Below are positions 1 to 7,531 of a stretch of DNA of 32,000 nucleotides, piece after piece. The DNA comes from a bacterium. GTDB taxonomy: Bacteria > UBP7 > UBA6624 > JBBIMK01. The notes beneath the pieces are model-generated. The model was given only the letters and a program-made list of their open reading frames with translations, ran no database searches and was not told the origin of the DNA. The first letter of the stretch is position 1; each line of letters starts with the position of its first letter. Position numbers and translations under genes: made by a program. Location: assembly GCA_037444445.1 (NCBI GenBank), contig JBBIMK010000020.1, positions 5,047-37,046 of the forward strand, given 5' to 3'.

Positions 1-191
1 TCTGCAGCGGAGAAGATAAAATCGCCGGTGCCGGTGCAGAGGTCTATAATACGCATGCCGGGTTGAACATTTCCCCATTTCACTGCTTCCTTTCTCCAGC
101 GATGATGAAGGCCGAAAGAAATCAGGGTGTTCATCAAATCATAACGACTGGAGATAGCATCAAACATCTGACGGATGTGTTCAGAGTTCAT
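1..191 (-). CDS. ubiE: Demethylmenaquinone/ubiquinone C-methyltransferase (UbiE/MenG family), N-terminal part; the gene runs off the left edge
   Basis: My own translation of the minus strand from the ATG at 191 gives MNSEHIRQMFDAISSRYDLMNTLISFGLHHRWRKEAVKWGNVQPGMRIIDLCTGTGDFIFSAA. This matches the UbiE/MenG N-terminal signature (F-D-x-I-x-x-x-Y-D-x-M-N, S-x-G-x-H-x-x-W-R) and SAM motif I (DLCTGTGD). It is absent from the ORF track because it is truncated. Confidence 0.8.
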   Translation of the reverse strand, partial: MNSEHIRQMFDAISSRYDLMNTLISFGLHHRWRKEAVKWGNVQPGMRIIDLCTGTGDFIFSAA

Positions 192-212
192 CCCTGCATC
201 TAAAATCAGGAC

Positions 213-1061
213 TCACCAACCGGTGGTGAGGTCAAAAAGCCCTTTCTGCCTCGCAATCCACTCAAAAAGGCGGAATAGATAATAAGCAACAACTGAGAGA
301 AAGATAGTGGTCAAGAGAAGAATCCAGAAGATGGAAAAATCGGGGAGTGAAGCGAAAGCGGTGCTGTAGCGCTTGCCCATCCAGATTCGTCGGAGGCCCT
401 CCAGCCAGTAAGTGAAAGGAATCAACTTGCTGAGAGGCTGAAGCCAGGAAGGAAGAACCTCAACGGGGAAAATGGCACCGCTCAGGAGATAGAAAATCCC
501 TCCCACATATTCCCCGATAGCAAAAGCCTGCTGAGGTAACACGAGGCAAACCCCGGCCACAATCAACCCCAGAGCCAGAATTCCCAGATTCCCCAGGACG
601 AATACCAGTAAAAAATAGGGAATATTCTGGTAGTTGAAGTGGATTTGTAGGTGCAGAAATAAGAAACCAAAAAGTAAGGTTACTGTGCAGGCGACGATGC
701 TGAGAACGAATTTGACGAAGCCTCTTCCAGCCAGGTAGACGAAGATAGAAACAGGTGAGATATAAATATACTTCAGCATCTCGTGCCATTCACGGTCGCC
801 GATAAGGGTCCAGGAGATGCCGTAAAGGAGGTTCATCACGAAGATGAAAAAGGCGTTCCCAATGAAAAAATAAGTGAATAAGTCTGGCTGAGTTTCTCTG
901 CTGAGGTAGGTGACTATCCAGTACATCACCACGAGAATCAGGGAAGCGGAAATGGGCTTGATAAAGGAATAGATGATGAAAAGAAGAGGGTCAGCCCAGT
1001 TGGATTCCGTTTGCCATCCGAGCCATGCTGACGCTTTGAATGAATGTATCGGGTGAGCCAT
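213..1061 (-). CDS. ABC-2 type transporter permease
   Basis: 282-aa polytopic hydrophobic protein with about 6 predicted TM segments. It sits directly downstream of a second permease and an ABC ATPase with 1-nt spacing, the architecture typical of ABC-2 exporters. Confidence 0.7.
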   Translation of the reverse strand: MAHPIHSFKASAWLGWQTESNWADPLLFIIYSFIKPISASLILVVMYWIVTYLSRETQPDLFTYFFIGNAFFIFVMNLLYGISWTLIGDREWHEMLKYIYISPVSIFVYLAGRGFVKFVLSIVACTVTLLFGFLFLHLQIHFNYQNIPYFLLVFVLGNLGILALGLIVAGVCLVLPQQAFAIGEYVGGIFYLLSGAIFPVEVLPSWLQPLSKLIPFTYWLEGLRRIWMGKRYSTAFASLPDFSIFWILLLTTIFLSVVAYYLFRLFEWIARQKGLFDLTTGW

Positions 1062-1062
1062 T

Positions 1063-1914
1063 TTATTGCAAACGCAGCGATAAAGTTCCAGTAGTCTTTC
1101 CCAGATACTCCATAGTTCGGAGGGCTTTTGAGGCCAACCCGAGAAAAAGGATGGAAAGAGCGCCCAGAATCAAGATTTCATATTCCACCGAGAGGAAGAG
1201 TGGATAAAGAGTGGAAGGGAACATCAGTTGCCTCATCGCATCCAATCCCAGAGTAGCGGGAATGATGGAAGCAAAGGCAGCCACGATGACCCCTAACGCC
1301 CTCACCGGGAAATAGAAACCCGATAACAGGTAAATCGGCTCTTGGAATAGATTACTCAAATGCCAGGCTTCTCTGCCCCAGAGAAGATACAAAGAGGCAA
1401 ATGCCATGCCAAGGCCATACAAAGCAGTGAGAGTAAGAAGGAAGGCGAGGATAAAAAGAAAAGGGGACTCCAGGGAAAACTTCACGCGGAAAATGAGAAG
1501 CCCGATGAAGAACGCTGAACCAGCCCGAAGAGTGCTCATGAACATTCCCCCCAGAGCCATACCCAATAGAATCGCCATGCGGGAGGAGGGCATCAGAAGG
1601 AAAATTTCCAATTGTCCATTCATTTTTTCCCAGTAAAACTGGCTCGCCATACTCCAGAGGACATTCATCCAGTAGGCGGTCATCGCTCCACCGAGGATGA
1701 CATAGCCGGTAAATTCTGGAGCCGCTCTCATAGCACGATAAATGAACACATAAGCGGAGAGGCCAAGGACAGGCAGGAGGGTTTCAACGAGTGCCCAGGA
1801 TGTTTCGCGGAAAGTGGCCATAAACCGAACATAAGCCCTTGCCCAGATAGTGCGCAGGTGGAGTTCAATGGAGGAATGGATTTTAAGACTCTCTAACAGA
1901 TTCATCTTCCTCAA
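1063..1914 (-). CDS. ABC-2 type transporter permease
   Basis: 283-aa polytopic membrane protein. It overlaps the 3' end of the ATPase gene, which suggests translational coupling. An alternative start at MNLLESL (1905) is possible. Confidence 0.7.
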   Translation of the reverse strand: MRKMNLLESLKIHSSIELHLRTIWARAYVRFMATFRETSWALVETLLPVLGLSAYVFIYRAMRAAPEFTGYVILGGAMTAYWMNVLWSMASQFYWEKMNGQLEIFLLMPSSRMAILLGMALGGMFMSTLRAGSAFFIGLLIFRVKFSLESPFLFILAFLLTLTALYGLGMAFASLYLLWGREAWHLSNLFQEPIYLLSGFYFPVRALGVIVAAFASIIPATLGLDAMRQLMFPSTLYPLFLSVEYEILILGALSILFLGLASKALRTMEYLGKTTGTLSLRLQ

Positions 1915-2929
1915 AAGTTCTTCCCACTATACTAACGAACACATCTTCCAGCGTAGGTTCGGTCTTTCGCAGGAGTCGGATTTGCCCACCCATAGCGGTA
2001 ATACGCTCCAGGACTCTTGCAATCACAGCATCTTCCTGCAGGGAAAGTCGTAAGAGGGTGTCGCTGGAATGGGGCTGGCGGTGCGAGGATACGCGTAAAA
2101 CCCCCTGAATTTCTGACAATTGCTCCATCAGCGAATCCGGGGTGAAGGCTTCAATCTCAAAAAGTGCCTCTTTCTGCACGCCCCTCTTTAAGTTGGCAGG
2201 AGTATCGCAGGATAAAATTTTTCCATGGCTGATAATGGCTATGCGGTCGCATAATTCATCTGCTTCAGCCATATAATGGGTGGTGAACAGAACCGTTTTC
2301 TCCGGATGCTCCGCAATCCAGCGTTTAATAAATTTCCTGCAAGCCATGGCAGAAGTAACATCCAATCCGAGGGTAGGCTCATCCAGAAACACGATTTTCG
2401 GGTCGTTGATGAATCCCCGGGCAAAGTTTAACTTCTGCCGCATTCCAGTGGAAAGGCGATTAACCCTCGTCTTTTCTTCCTCTTTTAACTCCACGAGGGC
2501 AAGCAATTCATCAATCCGCTTTTTCGCCACAGCGTAGGAAATTCCATAAAATTGAGAGAACATCCACAGAGTTTCACGAACCGTTAAAATTCCATACCCC
2601 GCATGCTCTCCTCCGGAAACCATGTTGATGCGGTGGCGTATCAGGGCTGCTTGCTTCACCACATCTAAACCATCCACAAAAGCCTGCCCCTCTGAAGGCA
2701 GAAGGAGAGTGGTGAGGATTTTAATGAGAGTGGTTTTGCCGGCACCATTCGGACCCAAAAGACCGAAAAGTTCTCCGGGCTGTATCTCCAGAGAGACCTC
2801 ATCCAGCGCTTTGATGGTCTCTTTCTCACGCTTGCTTCGCCGTTTCGTATAAAATCTCTTCAGATGAACCGTTTGGATAGATGGGAACATCTCCAATTCC
2901 TTGCCTCTTCGTTCAAAACCCTTCTTCAT
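1883..2929 (-). CDS. ABC transporter ATP-binding protein (DrrA-like, with C-terminal extension)
   Basis: Walker A GPNGAGKTT, Q-loop, ABC signature LSTGMRQKL, Walker B IVFLDEPTLGLD and H-loop TTHYM are all visible in the translation. Confidence 0.92.
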   Translation of the reverse strand: MKKGFERRGKELEMFPSIQTVHLKRFYTKRRSKREKETIKALDEVSLEIQPGELFGLLGPNGAGKTTLIKILTTLLLPSEGQAFVDGLDVVKQAALIRHRINMVSGGEHAGYGILTVRETLWMFSQFYGISYAVAKKRIDELLALVELKEEEKTRVNRLSTGMRQKLNFARGFINDPKIVFLDEPTLGLDVTSAMACRKFIKRWIAEHPEKTVLFTTHYMAEADELCDRIAIISHGKILSCDTPANLKRGVQKEALFEIEAFTPDSLMEQLSEIQGVLRVSSHRQPHSSDTLLRLSLQEDAVIARVLERITAMGGQIRLLRKTEPTLEDVFVSIVGRTFEEDESVRES

Positions 2930-3059
2930 TATAATCCATTCCAGGTGAAAAGGGAAGCCCCTTCACTTTTGACAGAGTCTCGGATATAATTGTAGCAAAC
3001 AGGGATGAAAAAATGGTGGATGAAAGGTGTTTAAAACTGGCAAAAAGGGGTGAAAAGAA

Positions 3060-4019
3060 ATGGTGGAGAGTGAATTTGCTTACACACGAGAACTTCTGGA
3101 ACATTTCTTGAATCAAAGCTCTGTTCTTTTCATTGCCGTGGATAAAAAGGGTCAGGTCCATCTCACGAATTCTGCTTTTCAACGCCTTGTGGGTGAGAAG
3201 AAATCCTATGCACTTCAAGATTTCCTGGAAGAAAAAGATATTTCAGGAATGAATGAGGTCTGGAAGCGAGCACTGGATAATCAATCCTGTGAGGTTGTTG
3301 ACCTTCACATTCGCGACTCCGGGGGCGTTCTCAAAAGTGTGAAGGCCTGGCTCTACCCTGCCTCGTCGGGTGTGCTTCTTTTCGGTGAGCCCACGGTGGA
3401 GGAAGTGGAGAAATATAAAGGGGCTTATCTCCGGGTCGTTTCCGAAATCGACCGTATCGCACGGGAAAACCAGCAGTTAAAAGATTCGGCAGAATTTCTC
3501 AGAAAGAAACTGGAGCAAATGGAAACCACAGATATGCTGACTGGAGTATCCAATCGGAAGAGTTTTAAGGCAATCCTGGATACAGAGTGGTCCAGAGCTA
3601 TTCGTTACAAACATCCCTTTTCGCTGATAAGTTTTGACATAGACCGGCTGAAAGAGGTGAATGAGTCCTATGGGCCTGACACCGGGGATACAGTTATCGT
3701 AGAATCGGTGAAAAGAATTCGTGAAAATCTACGAATGAGCGATACAATCGGGCGATATGAAGGAGGCACTTTTTTCGTGCTCTTGCCCGAGACCAACGCC
3801 AAGCGGGCATATCCAATGGCAGAGCGAATGAGAATCCTTATCCAGGGTCAGTCCTTCTTTGCCCCTGAGAAGACCTTTCAGGTCACTGCCACTTTTGGAC
3901 TCACTGAGGCTTTCTGCATTGGGGATGACGACTCTGAAAAACTCATCCACCGTTGTCTCCAGGCCTTGCATAAAGCGAAGGCGATAGGCAAGAATCGCAT
4001 TGAAGTGATTTTATACTAA
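3060..4019 (+). CDS. PAS-like sensor domain fused to a degenerate GGDEF domain (active site EGGTF, RxxD I-site retained)
   Basis: The C-terminal half shows the GGDEF-domain landmarks DMLTGVSNRKSF and FDIDRLKEVNESYG. In RMSDTIGRYEGGTFFV the position of GG(D/E)EF reads EGGTF. The N-terminal ~110 aa is PAS-like, followed by a coiled-coil linker. Confidence 0.8.
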   Translation: MVESEFAYTRELLEHFLNQSSVLFIAVDKKGQVHLTNSAFQRLVGEKKSYALQDFLEEKDISGMNEVWKRALDNQSCEVVDLHIRDSGGVLKSVKAWLYPASSGVLLFGEPTVEEVEKYKGAYLRVVSEIDRIARENQQLKDSAEFLRKKLEQMETTDMLTGVSNRKSFKAILDTEWSRAIRYKHPFSLISFDIDRLKEVNESYGPDTGDTVIVESVKRIRENLRMSDTIGRYEGGTFFVLLPETNAKRAYPMAERMRILIQGQSFFAPEKTFQVTATFGLTEAFCIGDDDSEKLIHRCLQALHKAKAIGKNRIEVILY

Positions 4020-4077
4020 TGTTCAGATTTCGCTCCGGGAGCCGACTCTGAAGATGTGGTAAACTAAAAGTGTTAGA

Positions 4078-4152
4078 GGGGATGTAGCTCAGCGGTAGAG
4101 CGTCTGCTTTGCACGCAGAAGGCCGCGGGTTCAAGTCCCGCCATCTCCACCA
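4078..4152 (+). tRNA. tRNA-Ala (anticodon UGC), with CCA encoded
   Basis: GGGGATGTAGCTCAGCGGTAGAGCGTCTGCTTTGCACGCAGAAGGCCGCGGGTTCAAGTCCCGCCATCTCCACCA folds as a cloverleaf. The acceptor is GGGGATG/CATCTCC with the G3:U70 alanine identity pair. The anticodon loop is TT-TGC-AC and the T-loop is TTCAAGT. Confidence 0.93.
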
Positions 4153-4163
4153 GATTGAATGAG

Positions 4164-4187
4164 CCGCTTCGCACGGCGAGCGGTTTT
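4164..4187 (+). terminator. Probable intrinsic terminator after tRNA-Ala
   Basis: Stem CCGCT(T)CG / CGAGCGG (7 bp with one bulge), loop CACGG, followed by TTTT. Confidence 0.5.
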
Positions 4188-4299
4188 GAATATGCATCAA
4201 AAGGTCGATATTATACATTCAAAATTCGTATAAAATGAGTCAGGCGAAGTTGCGACCCGTGTTGCGAAAATTTATTAAAGATTAAGGAGATGATAATTT

Positions 4300-4604
4300 A
4301 TGATGAACAAAAAAATTTTAGTCATACTCTTGGTTGCAAAAACAAAGTATCTTGGTTTTATGATTTTAGCATGAGAAATTGTTGGAACTGTTTTCATAAC
4401 TGGGTGCACCAGGCCGCTACAGAACCCCAAGAATCAGAAGAAAAAGCAGATTTTCAAAAAATCGCTAACTGGCTGGCAATGAAAAGTAAAAAGATCTGCG
4501 ATTTGGTGATGACTGCTTGGTTTACACTCGAAGAAGCCCCAAAAATCAAATCAGTAAACCCAAAAGCAAAACTTTTAGCCGGTCTTACGGTTAACTGGGT
4601 TTGA
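4300..4604 (+). pseudogene. Possible decayed lipoprotein gene (in-frame stop plus frame change)
   Basis: ATG 4300 follows a GGAGA RBS. It reads MMNKKILVILLVAKTKYLGFMILA, then TGA, then EIVGTVFITGC (lipobox-like ITGC) in the same frame. The plausible mature part (QAATEPQESEEKADFQKIANWLAMKSKK...NWV) continues only in the 4290 frame. The region is very AT-rich. Confidence 0.3.
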
Positions 4605-4669
4605 GACAATCAAGAATGGATGACATTTTTTACGACTGTGGCAAATTATGGTAAGGAAAGCCAGTAAAA

Positions 4670-4852
4670 ATGACTGTTGAAGGGATGATATGTTCTGGTT
4701 GCGAATTCAATGTTGAAAATGCGGTAAAGAAACTTGATGGCATAATACACAAGTGAGAGCAGACTATCAAAAAGGTGAGATTGTGCTAAATTTGAGAAGG
4801 GAAAGGAACCGTAGATAACATTGTAGAAGCGATAAATAGAACGGGTGACGGG
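4670..4852 (+). pseudogene. Heavy-metal-associated (HMA/CopZ-like) domain gene remnant with two frame changes
   Basis: ATG 4670 gives MTVEGMICSGCEFNVENAVKKLDGIIHK then TGA (the M-x-C-x-x-C metal-binding motif). The next HMA segment VRADYQKGEIVLNL is in another frame from 4752. The final segment EGKGTVDNIVEAINRTG returns to the original frame from 4796. Confidence 0.55.
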
Positions 4853-5029
4853 CAACCAAACCGTAAGGTAAATATGGCACAACGGCGCATAACACAGTAT
4901 AAAAGGTTTGTCCGTGAGATAGTCTGCGACATCTCTTGGGGTCACCTAAATTTTTGCTTCGCAAAAACTTCTCTTATGCCGGGAACATTATCTGCTCATT
5001 ACGTGCAGGGAAAAGGAGGAAAATAAAAT

Positions 5030-6109
5030 ATGGAAGTCCGATTAATTGGGATACTTCTTACAGCCTTTTTATTGGGTCCATGTAATATCAATTCAGCAGG
5101 GATCCGGAAGAGCATGCAAAACTTGAATGATAATGAAAAGGAAGCAATTCAGCCCACAAGCCAGAACCCCTTTGGGTTGATGTTGCCGTCGAAGCTTGTG
5201 CGCTCGTCCCGGGGGATGCAGATAGCCAAAGCGCTGGGGGCCGTGTATTTCCGGCCCGCTTCCATCTTCCTGGATCAATGGAGCGGGGTCTGTCCGGAGT
5301 GCGATATTGCACTGAATGCTGGTTTGCAACTTGTCCTGACCGTCCGCAACAACGACCGGGGGCAAGCCACCTCCCCGCCCAGCGATCTCGCCACCTATCA
5401 ACGCACACTGAGCCAGGTGCTGGACAAATACCGCCCGGCGGTGCTGGTGGTGGAGAACGAGGAGAACTCGGCTCTGTTCTACACCGGCACGCCAGAAGAA
5501 TACGCCGCCGAGTTGAAGGCCGCCTGCCAGGTGGCGCGCCGGAAAGGCATCCCCTGCACCAACGGAGGGTTGGTGAGCACCTTGGTTGCCCTGTTGGTAT
5601 ACGACCATTACCTGTCCGGTGGGCAATCCGTGGCTGCCCAGGACTTCGCCGCTCGGGCTTTCTCGGCGAAACTGCGGCAACAACTGAACTTGCCCCAGGC
5701 TCAGAAGCAAATTGACAAGGGCAAAGCGCTCCTCACGGCTTACCGCACCGCCAGGGTGGACTATGTGAACTTCCACTGGTACATCGCCGATACGCGGGCG
5801 CTGGAGGAAGCTGTGGCTTATCTAAGGGCGCAGACAGGCCTGCCGGTCATCACCAATGAGGTCGGCCAGTTCACCGATGACCCCCACCAGACAACCACCG
5901 TTATGGGCAAGATCGTGGAGCTGGGCTTGCCCATTGCCGTGTGGTTCGGCCTGGATGGACCGAAAGCGCGGGGATTGGTAAACCTGGATGGCAGCCTGAG
6001 GCCCACCGGAGAGGCGTTCAGACAGTTCATCGCACAACACTTCAGGTTGGCCCGTATTCGTATTGATGTTAAGGTTAACTCTCAATTAAAACCGAATGTT
6101 TTTAACTGA
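5030..6109 (+). CDS. Secreted/lipoprotein-like TIM-barrel glycoside hydrolase candidate (clan GH-A-like)
   Basis: N-terminal signal sequence MEVRLIGILLTAFLLGPC. Two candidate catalytic Glu motifs have the spacing typical of clan GH-A: VVENEEN (acid/base NE) and PVITNEVG (nucleophile). The family assignment is a motif-level guess. The CDS itself is well supported by its length and by the shadow ORFs typical of a GC-rich gene. Confidence 0.45.
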   Translation: MEVRLIGILLTAFLLGPCNINSAGIRKSMQNLNDNEKEAIQPTSQNPFGLMLPSKLVRSSRGMQIAKALGAVYFRPASIFLDQWSGVCPECDIALNAGLQLVLTVRNNDRGQATSPPSDLATYQRTLSQVLDKYRPAVLVVENEENSALFYTGTPEEYAAELKAACQVARRKGIPCTNGGLVSTLVALLVYDHYLSGGQSVAAQDFAARAFSAKLRQQLNLPQAQKQIDKGKALLTAYRTARVDYVNFHWYIADTRALEEAVAYLRAQTGLPVITNEVGQFTDDPHQTTTVMGKIVELGLPIAVWFGLDGPKARGLVNLDGSLRPTGEAFRQFIAQHFRLARIRIDVKVNSQLKPNVFN

Positions 6110-6173
6110 GGTGCGTTTTTAAACAAAAGAAAAGCAGATTCTTCCCATGGAAAAATGTTTATGTTCAGGCGGA

Positions 6174-7511
6174 TTAGAAGAGGGTGGCGGAAGTGAAAGT
6201 GAAAGAGTCAATTTTCACAGCGGGGGCGAAGGCTTTATACCATTCCTCACCCACGCCGTAGGCTTCACGGGAAACCATGGAAAGATTTCGGAAAGCATCT
6301 ATGATGTTCTGGGTAAAGCGGAGATTTTTCACGCCGTGGGTAATTTGCCCGTTTTCAATCCAGAAAGTGCCATCCCGGGTCATGCCAGTGAGGATGAATT
6401 TTCGCGGGTCAACGGTGTTGGTGTAATGGAAACGGGTAATCCATAAGCCTTTTTGAACAGATTGAAGCATTTCAGACTTCGGGGTATCGCCCGGAAGAAA
6501 AATCATGTTCAGGGGGACGGGACCCCAGGTATTAGGAGGTGGAAGAGCGTGTCCGGTCGTTTTTTTTCCCTCTCTAAAGGCGGTAATGGAATCGTAAACC
6601 AGGTTTCTGGCTACACCTTTTTCTATCAGGATGACCTTTTGACGGGGTGCGCCTTCATAGTCAAAGGGTATGCCGATATTTTCTTCCCGGGTGTAATCAT
6701 CCACGATATTGACGAGAGGGGAAAAAATTTGTTCACCGAGACGGTCAGTGAGGAATCCTCTTTTTTCTTGAACAGCGCGGGCGTTAAACCCATAAAAAGC
6801 CAGGTAGGTGAGAATGTCCACCACGGCAGGTGTATCCAGGATGACGGGATATTCTCCGGGCTGGAGTTCACGGGGATTTGCCCCCTGGAGTGTTTTTTGA
6901 ACGGCTTCCTGTGCGATTTCCTCAAAGTGAATATCCTGAAGACGATGAGAAAAACGGGAAACATACCCGGAGGATGTTTCTCCGAATGTGATGAGTTCTG
7001 CATTCACGAGGGAGGAGCAGGCGGAGAGGCAAGCACCCCTGGAGTTACCGTAAGAAACAGTAGAGGAAGAGGCGGAAACATAGCCAGCGCAGGACAGACG
7101 ACTGGCTCTGGCAATTTTCACGAAGGTTTTCACAGCGTCAGCGCGTTTTCCTGGTGTGAAACTTTCTACATCCGGGGAATAAGGTTCAAATGCAGGAACG
7201 GGCTCCGGAGGCAGAAGGCCGGGGAAATCTGGATTTTCTGGAGCATAATGGGCGAGGTCCATAGATTTTGAGACGACTTCTTTCAATCCAGCGGGGGTCA
7301 GGTCGTTGGTGGATGCGACGCCCATTCGCTTTCCACATATCGTTTGAACACGGACTGTGGTGTTACGCTCTTCCACATTTTGATGAATTTCTGAATTAGC
7401 GAAGCGAGTTAATGCAAGGTCTTCGGATATAAGAATCACAGCGGTTTCGTCAGCGGTAGAAAAGTTCAAGACCGTATCCAGAGTTTGATAGATTTTTTTC
7501 CGTTCTAACAT
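6174..7511 (-). CDS. pmbA: PmbA/TldE-family protein (partner of TldD metalloprotease)
   Basis: 445 aa, immediately downstream (20 nt) of a TldD-type gene. Overall PmbA/TldD-family pattern (C-terminal GxxxxGxxxxNLRF-like segment: ITHGVKNLRFTQNI) and no HExxxH motif, as expected for the TldE partner. Confidence 0.8.
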   Translation of the reverse strand: MLERKKIYQTLDTVLNFSTADETAVILISEDLALTRFANSEIHQNVEERNTTVRVQTICGKRMGVASTNDLTPAGLKEVVSKSMDLAHYAPENPDFPGLLPPEPVPAFEPYSPDVESFTPGKRADAVKTFVKIARASRLSCAGYVSASSSTVSYGNSRGACLSACSSLVNAELITFGETSSGYVSRFSHRLQDIHFEEIAQEAVQKTLQGANPRELQPGEYPVILDTPAVVDILTYLAFYGFNARAVQEKRGFLTDRLGEQIFSPLVNIVDDYTREENIGIPFDYEGAPRQKVILIEKGVARNLVYDSITAFREGKKTTGHALPPPNTWGPVPLNMIFLPGDTPKSEMLQSVQKGLWITRFHYTNTVDPRKFILTGMTRDGTFWIENGQITHGVKNLRFTQNIIDAFRNLSMVSREAYGVGEEWYKAFAPAVKIDSFTFTSATLF

Positions 7512-7531
7512 GAGAACCTCACTCTCCTCAC

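Noticed and set aside
2969-2990. TTGACA (2969-2974) and TATAAT (2985-2990) upstream of the PAS-GGDEF gene as a sigma70 promoter.
   Set aside because: The two perfect hexamers are only 10 nt apart, incompatible with the 16-18-nt spacer. TATAAT alone might serve as a -10 element, but that is not enough to call a promoter.
4372-4374. The in-frame TGA inside the lipoprotein-like remnant (and the TGA at 4754 in the HMA remnant) as selenocysteine or recoding sites.
   Set aside because: Read-through does not restore a sensible protein in either case. In the HMA case the homology continues in a different frame. I noticed no SECIS-like hairpin.
5088-6085. Five ORFs of 70-227 aa overlapping the 5030-6109 gene on both strands (5088-5408, 5093-5776, 5278-5715, 5818-6030, 5822-6085).
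   Set aside because: Their translations are Arg/Gly/Pro/Ala-rich and low-complexity, as expected for shadow frames of a GC-rich gene. The 5030-6109 frame alone has a signal peptide and enzyme-like motifs.
4078-6170. Calling the tRNA-Ala flank an integrative mobile element.
   Set aside because: I saw no integrase, recombinase or transposase ORF and no direct repeat of the tRNA 3' end. Only compositional and pseudogene evidence exists, so it is reported as a finding, not as a mobile_element feature.
6453-7271. A 272-aa plus-strand ORF antisense to pmbA.
   Set aside because: It is fully contained within a gene with a clear family pattern. It has no RBS context or motifs, and its composition is typical of an antisense frame.
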